Assembly: GCA_029560215.1 (NCBI GenBank)
Contig: JAKPZB010000078.1
Coordinates: forward strand, 1 to 48,142
From: Methanobacteriota archaeon
GTDB taxonomy: Archaea; Thermoplasmatota; Thermoplasmata; Methanomassiliicoccales; UBA472
Reading direction: 5' to 3'
DNA length: 48,142 bases
The position numbers were made by a program, and so were the translations under genes. The notes below the pieces were generated by a model. The model saw only the letters and a program-made list of their open reading frames with translations. It was not told the origin of the DNA and ran no database searches. Within the stretch, counting starts at the first letter, position 1. Each line of letters opens with the position of its first letter. Shown one piece after another: positions 43,634 through 48,142 of the stretch.

Positions 43634-45303
43634 CCGGCGACGCCCAGGCGTTCCGGGAGAGGGCGAGAAGCCTGGCCGACCGGGTAAGGAACGCCGGTTC
43701 CGTGGCCATATTCTCGCACATCGACGCGGACGGCGTCTCCTCGGCGGCCATCGCCTATCGCGCCGTGGAAAGATTGGGATTTACCCCCAAGGTTCATTTC
43801 CTGAAATCCATGAGCGAGAAGGACATCAAGCTCATCAACTCCTGCCCCGAGGAACTGGTTTGGATATGCGATCTGGGCGCTGGGTCCTACAAGCAGCTGG
43901 ATGGCTCCCGGTGCATCATCACCGACCATCACCACATCTTCGGCAGCGGACAATCGTTCCTGGAGTTCTTCGGGGGGATGGAGAACATGCTCAATCCCCT
44001 GGAGTTCGGGTTCGAAGGCTCCACCCACCTGAGCGGGGCGGGCTGCACATACTTCGTGGCCAGGGAGCTCGATCCGGCCAACGCGGACCTGGCCTATCTG
44101 GCCATCGTGGGCGCGGTGGGCGACCTGCAGGACAAGAAGGCCCGAAGACTGGATGGTCCTTTGCACGCCTCGATCATCGAGGACGCCCGTAGCGCCGGGA
44201 CCCTCAAGGTGGCGGAGAACGACCTGCCATTCTTCGGCTGGGTAACCCGGACCGCGGTGGCCATGATCGCCTTCTCCAACGACCTCAAGGCCATCGGATA
44301 CGAGTGCACGTTCAACGATGTGAACCAGCTTTTCAAGGAACAGAAGGTGAGCACCTACCGCGGCCGGCGCGAACCGTCCATCAAGGACGAGAACTTGAGC
44401 AAGTTCTACAGCTGGTCGGAGCTCAGGAAGGACGATCGGAACAACATCATCGACGCCCTCAAGATATCCCTTCTCAAAAAAGGCAAGGACCCGGTCCAAC
44501 TTGTGAACATGATGGGTGACGTCTACCTCTTCCCCAGGTTTCCCTTGGGCTCGGCCAGCCGGGAGGCCAAGGAGTTCGCCACCATGCTGAACGCCTCCGG
44601 CCGATACCTTCATTCCAAGAGCGACGCGGCTCCGCTGGAAGGGCTGACCGAACCGCAGATCGCGGTGGAAGGGGAGGAAGCGAGCGGGGGGTTCCAAGGA
44701 GAGCTGATAATCAAGGCCTGTCTGGACCCGGTGACCTTCTCCTCCGACGCCATGGCCAAGCTGGGGAATCACCGCGATAATCTGAAAAAGGGGATGGAGG
44801 AGATCCATTCCATAGTCGCCCTGGACCACATCCAGTACATCAAAGGCCGGATGGACAGCCTGGAGAACAAGAACAGGGCCAAGTACACCCTGAACGCCGA
44901 GGATACCATACTGGGGATCATCGTGGGCATGGTCCTGGACCAGAAGCCCCGCGCCGACGAGTCCCGCTTCTCCGTACGCGAGGATATGCCCCTCATCGCC
45001 ATGGCCGAGGTCTCGGACGATGGCGACGACCTCGCCGGGGACGGAGCTGTCCAGGGCAAGCGGGGTAGCCCGGGGGAAAGGATCAAGGTGTCCGGCCGGA
45101 TGAGACGGGAGCTGGCAGAAAAAGGCGTACACCTGGGAGAGGCGATGAAGCAGGCCGCCCTGAAGGTCAAAGGCGTGGGCGGAGGGCACAACGTCGCCGC
45201 AGGCGCCACCGTCCCGAAACGAAAGATAAAGGCCTTCCTGGAGGCCCTGGATAAGGAAATTGGCGAGCAGAAGGCCCGCTTCAGCCCATCAGGGCGACCA
45301 TGA
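43630..45303 (+). CDS. DHH-family phosphoesterase (archaeal RecJ-like)
   Basis: SHIDADGVSS (DHH motif I/II region), ITDHHH, GGGHNVAAGA near the C-terminus (DHHA1). ATGA overlap with the upstream exonuclease gene. Confidence 0.8.
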   Translation: MTGDAQAFRERARSLADRVRNAGSVAIFSHIDADGVSSAAIAYRAVERLGFTPKVHFLKSMSEKDIKLINSCPEELVWICDLGAGSYKQLDGSRCIITDHHHIFGSGQSFLEFFGGMENMLNPLEFGFEGSTHLSGAGCTYFVARELDPANADLAYLAIVGAVGDLQDKKARRLDGPLHASIIEDARSAGTLKVAENDLPFFGWVTRTAVAMIAFSNDLKAIGYECTFNDVNQLFKEQKVSTYRGRREPSIKDENLSKFYSWSELRKDDRNNIIDALKISLLKKGKDPVQLVNMMGDVYLFPRFPLGSASREAKEFATMLNASGRYLHSKSDAAPLEGLTEPQIAVEGEEASGGFQGELIIKACLDPVTFSSDAMAKLGNHRDNLKKGMEEIHSIVALDHIQYIKGRMDSLENKNRAKYTLNAEDTILGIIVGMVLDQKPRADESRFSVREDMPLIAMAEVSDDGDDLAGDGAVQGKRGSPGERIKVSGRMRRELAEKGVHLGEAMKQAALKVKGVGGGHNVAAGATVPKRKIKAFLEALDKEIGEQKARFSPSGRP

Positions 45304-46213
45304 TGGCCTTCTGGGCGTGCAGGCGGTTCTCGGCCTGGTCCATCACTACGGAGGCCGGGCTGTCGATGACCTCGTCGGTGATCTCCATCCCCCGGTGCGC
45401 TGGCAGGCAGTGCATGACTATGGCCTTCTTATGGGCCACGGACATCAGGTCATCATTGACCTGATAGGGCTTGAAGATCTTCTCCCGCAGCTTCTGCTCC
45501 TCCTCCTGGCCCATGGATACCCATACGTCCGTGTACACCACGTCCGCGTCCTTGACCGCCTCTTTGGGGGATTCCACGACCTTCAGCTTGCACCCGTTCT
45601 TCTTGGCGATGGCCTTGGCCTTCTTCAACACCCCGGGGTCCGGTTCGTACCCCTTGGGGCAGCCGCAGGAGAGGTCCATCCCGACCATGGCGCAGCCGAG
45701 CATCAGGGAGTTGCAGACGTTGTTACCGTCGCCCACGTAGGCCATCTTGATTCCCTTCAGCTTGCCCAGGTGCTCCTTGACCGTCAGCAGGTCGGCCATG
45801 ATCTGGCAGGGATGCTCGAAGTTGTCCAGGCCGTTGATGACCGGGACCGTCGCATGCTTGGCCAGCTCCATGACCATGCTGTGCTCGTACGCCCGGTACA
45901 TGATTCCGTCAACGTAACGGGAAAGAACCCGGGCGGTGTCCGCCACGGTCTCCCCCCGGCCCATCTGCAGGTCCTTGGTGTTGAGCGTGACCGCGAAACC
46001 ACCCAGTTCGATCATCCCCACCTCGAAGGAGACCCTGGTGCGGGTGGAGGACTTCTCGAATATCATGGCCAGGACCTTTCCCTTCAGCGGCTGGTCGTCC
46101 AGGTCCCGCTTCTTCTTCATCTCCTCGGCCGTCCTCAATATGTCCAGGATATCGTCCTGCACGTCCAGCATGGTGGTTAGGTCCCGCTTCATCTCTCGCA
46201 CCGTCTTTAACAT
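45281..46213 (-). CDS. argF: Ornithine carbamoyltransferase
   Basis: FEKSSTRTRVSFE, HPCQIMADL and HCLPAHRGMEITDEV motifs. 310 aa. Confidence 0.92.
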   Translation of the reverse strand: MLKTVREMKRDLTTMLDVQDDILDILRTAEEMKKKRDLDDQPLKGKVLAMIFEKSSTRTRVSFEVGMIELGGFAVTLNTKDLQMGRGETVADTARVLSRYVDGIMYRAYEHSMVMELAKHATVPVINGLDNFEHPCQIMADLLTVKEHLGKLKGIKMAYVGDGNNVCNSLMLGCAMVGMDLSCGCPKGYEPDPGVLKKAKAIAKKNGCKLKVVESPKEAVKDADVVYTDVWVSMGQEEEQKLREKIFKPYQVNDDLMSVAHKKAIVMHCLPAHRGMEITDEVIDSPASVVMDQAENRLHAQKAIMVALMG

Positions 46214-46357
46214 TCATCACGGCGATGATATTGCTATCGCCGGGGTGCTGTAGGATTCCGCCCTCCATAATAAAGGGGATGATTCGAAATCAACAAAGCC
46301 GCAGTTTTATGTCCCTTGACGGTCGGCATCCCTCGTGCTTCAGCTGATGGACGGGGT

Positions 46358-47158
46358 TCAGGGAAGCAGTCCGTAGCCGAAGGGCAGGAAGGAGAAAAGG
46401 AAGAAGTTCAATATGCCGTGCATCAGGGCCACCAGACCGAGACTGCCGGTCCGCTGGTAGGCGTAGGCGAGGACCAGTCCCACGCCCAGTACGAAGATCA
46501 GGTAGGGAACGCTGTGGTAGCCCGAGTGCATGATGGAGAACATCAGGGCGGAGACGGCGATACTCACATGTTTTCCATATTGCTTATCCACCGAGCTTTG
46601 CAGCAGTCCGCGGAAGATGAGCTCCTCCCCGAAACCGACGAACACCACCATGACCAGGAAAAGCTTGCCGAGGTCCAGGGGGCCCAGGTCGTGGACCAGC
46701 GCCGAGTTGCCCAGAACGAAATGTTCCAGGTTGGCCACCAGGTAGCCGAAGATGATGGCTATCAGCAGGTATTCCCACTTCCATTTGACCTCCGGCCGCA
46801 GCCCGTGGCCGTTGAGGAATCGCACCAGGTTGCGCCAGTGGAGCTTGTCGGCGTCCACCACCGTCTGCCTCCAGACGATGTAGCCGGCCAAGATGATCGG
46901 GGCGTACACGAAGGGCATCCAGAGCAGCGTTTCGGTGAAGAACACCGGCATCCCTATGTTCAGCACCCGCAGCAGGGAGACCAAGGCGAAGGACTGGTAG
47001 AGGAGCATGCGCTTCTCCACCCAGATCGGGAGTAGTATGCATGCGAAGATGTTCAGGGCGTGCAGACCTAGGCAGGATTCGACCGAACCGTCGAAGTAGA
47101 AGGCCTCGGCTACCGCGATGATGATCATTGGAAGCAGCAGCCCGACCTTGTCCCGCAT
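46358..47158 (-). CDS. CPBP-family intramembrane glutamic endopeptidase (CAAX protease-like)
   Basis: Multi-TM protein with GFGEELIFRGLL (EExxxR), FSIMHSGYH and HGILNF motifs. Confidence 0.8.
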   Translation of the reverse strand: MRDKVGLLLPMIIIAVAEAFYFDGSVESCLGLHALNIFACILLPIWVEKRMLLYQSFALVSLLRVLNIGMPVFFTETLLWMPFVYAPIILAGYIVWRQTVVDADKLHWRNLVRFLNGHGLRPEVKWKWEYLLIAIIFGYLVANLEHFVLGNSALVHDLGPLDLGKLFLVMVVFVGFGEELIFRGLLQSSVDKQYGKHVSIAVSALMFSIMHSGYHSVPYLIFVLGVGLVLAYAYQRTGSLGLVALMHGILNFFLFSFLPFGYGLLP

Positions 47159-47435
47159 CCGCCCTTCATCGAGGGCGAATGATTAATTACTATCGTCTGG
47201 TGATTCGAAAAAAAATAAAAAAAGGAGGATTGGTCATCGTCAGCGGTGATCAGGCGCGGAGGAAAAAAATGTTGCCGTTGACTATGACAAAGTTCGGCTG
47301 GCCTAGGTTCTTCTTCACTTGTATCACCTCTTTAGTGAATTCTTATCGGTATAATCGCATTTGAACGATGATTGAAATAATATTTAATCATTATCTTGCT
47401 ACTACAACGCTAAAAAATGATTTTAGTGGTGCAAA

Positions 47436-48008
47436 ATGACCGAGATAGGTGTCGAACAGATCAAGGTGCTGTCGGACCAGAACCGCCTGGCCATACTGTC
47501 CTTGCTTGCCATCAGAGAGATGACCACCACTGCCATATCCGATCTCCTGGGACTGAGCGTGCAGAACGCCCAGTACCACATCAAGAAGCTGCTGGAGGCC
47601 GGTCTCATCGTGCCCACCCGCACCGAGCTGGTGGGGAACCTGGTGGAGAAGTACTATCGTTCCGCCTTCGAGCCAGGGATCATGGGCGACGCCGCCGGCG
47701 TCAGCTCGGTGGATATCGCGGAACGCCTGAACATCGTCTTTGCGGCGCTGGGCGCCATCAAAGGCATCCTGAACCGCGGCATACGCACCATGGACGAGCG
47801 GAAGGAGTACTTCATGAACGTGGCCGACCGCCCGAACTATCCCTTCGGGGCGAACTACGTCATCCTGCCGGTGAGCGATTCCGCCGCGCAGGAGGCGGAG
47901 AAGCTGATCTCCGATCTCGACGACCGTCTCAAGGAGCTCTCGGACAAGCATCCAGAGGAGGGGAAGCCCAAGTTCGCCATCCTCTATTCGGTGTTCCCCT
48001 TCGAGTGA
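47436..48008 (+). CDS. ArsR-family wHTH transcriptional regulator with a C-terminal extension
   Basis: IKVLSDQNRLAILSLLAIREMTTTAISDLLGLSVQNAQYHIKKLLEAGLI is a canonical ArsR wHTH. Confidence 0.75.
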   Translation: MTEIGVEQIKVLSDQNRLAILSLLAIREMTTTAISDLLGLSVQNAQYHIKKLLEAGLIVPTRTELVGNLVEKYYRSAFEPGIMGDAAGVSSVDIAERLNIVFAALGAIKGILNRGIRTMDERKEYFMNVADRPNYPFGANYVILPVSDSAAQEAEKLISDLDDRLKELSDKHPEEGKPKFAILYSVFPFE

Positions 48009-48055
48009 GAGGGCGAATATTTATTAAGCTTGACGCAATGCTGAAATCCCATCAT

Positions 48056-48130
48056 GGCCGGGATGGGGTAGCCTGGTTATCCTTGGGGACTGTGGATCCC
48101 CGGACGCGCGTTCAAATCGCGCTCTCGGCC
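48056..48130 (+). tRNA. tRNA-His (anticodon GUG) with a genomically encoded G-1
   Basis: Cloverleaf: acceptor GCCGGGA/TCTCGGC, anticodon stem GGGGA/TCCCC with loop CTGTGGA (GTG), T arm GCGCG-TTCAAAT-CGCGC. An extra G at 48056 pairs with discriminator C at 48130. No encoded CCA. A T5 run follows. Confidence 0.85.
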
Positions 48131-48142
48131 CCTTTTTCATTC

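Noticed and set aside
47436-48142. tRNA-His at the window edge as an integration site for a genomic island.
   Set aside because: No integrase, transposase, direct repeat of the tRNA 3' end or compositional break is visible in the window. The neighbouring genes are ordinary housekeeping genes.

Overview
This 48 kb window comes from a GC-rich methanogenic archaeon with AT-rich intergenic regions. The gene content suggests a methyl-reducing, Methanomassiliicoccales-like lineage, but that assignment is an inference: mcrBDGA lacks mcrC in the operon, there are soluble corrinoid methyltransferases plus RamA, and no membrane Mtr subunits are present. The left half is an unusually complete methyl-coenzyme M reductase (MCR) island. 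It holds the marker-protein operon mmp3-mmp6-mmp5-mmp15-mmp17-mmp7 (about 1.3-6.5 kb), atwA (component A2) with mcrC (7.2-9.4 kb), the structural operon mcrBDGA (14.1-18.3 kb), and the thioglycine genes ycaO-tfuA directly upstream (18.6-20.4 kb). An Lrp-type regulator and an orphan SAM methyltransferase sit next to these. The middle (24.2-31.9 kb) is a corrinoid methyl-transfer island: a soluble MtrA-like/MtrH-like pair, an MBL-fold protein, the RamA activase, a split CobW-type GTPase and two MtaA/MtbA-type (URO-D family) methyltransferases. Further right lie an arsenic-type efflux cluster (ACR3, small thioredoxin-like protein, ArsP-like permease) and a possible operon of orphan corrinoid protein, Cys-rich ArsR-like protein, six-repeat membrane protein and hydantoinase-family ATPase. 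Housekeeping genes follow (epimerase, phosphoesterase, exonuclease, RecJ-like DHH protein, argF, CPBP protease, ArsR), and tRNA-His closes the window. The signals most worth follow-up are these: (1) a 17-bp palindrome, ATGGAT-N5-ATCCAT, occurs five times, only in three promoter regions (atwA/wHTH gene, mcrB, corrinoid gene), and a divergently encoded wHTH protein is the candidate binder; (2) two paralogous proteins I cannot place in a family are wedged on the opposite strand into MCR-related loci; (3) the soluble MtrA/MtrH + RamA + MtaA-like set could be a cytoplasmic pterin-CoM methyl-transfer route; (4) a membrane protein is built from six tandem two-helix repeats; (5) GC-rich ORF-free segments at the left edge look like structured RNAs. 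All family calls come from motif and sequence recognition by eye. No database search was run.
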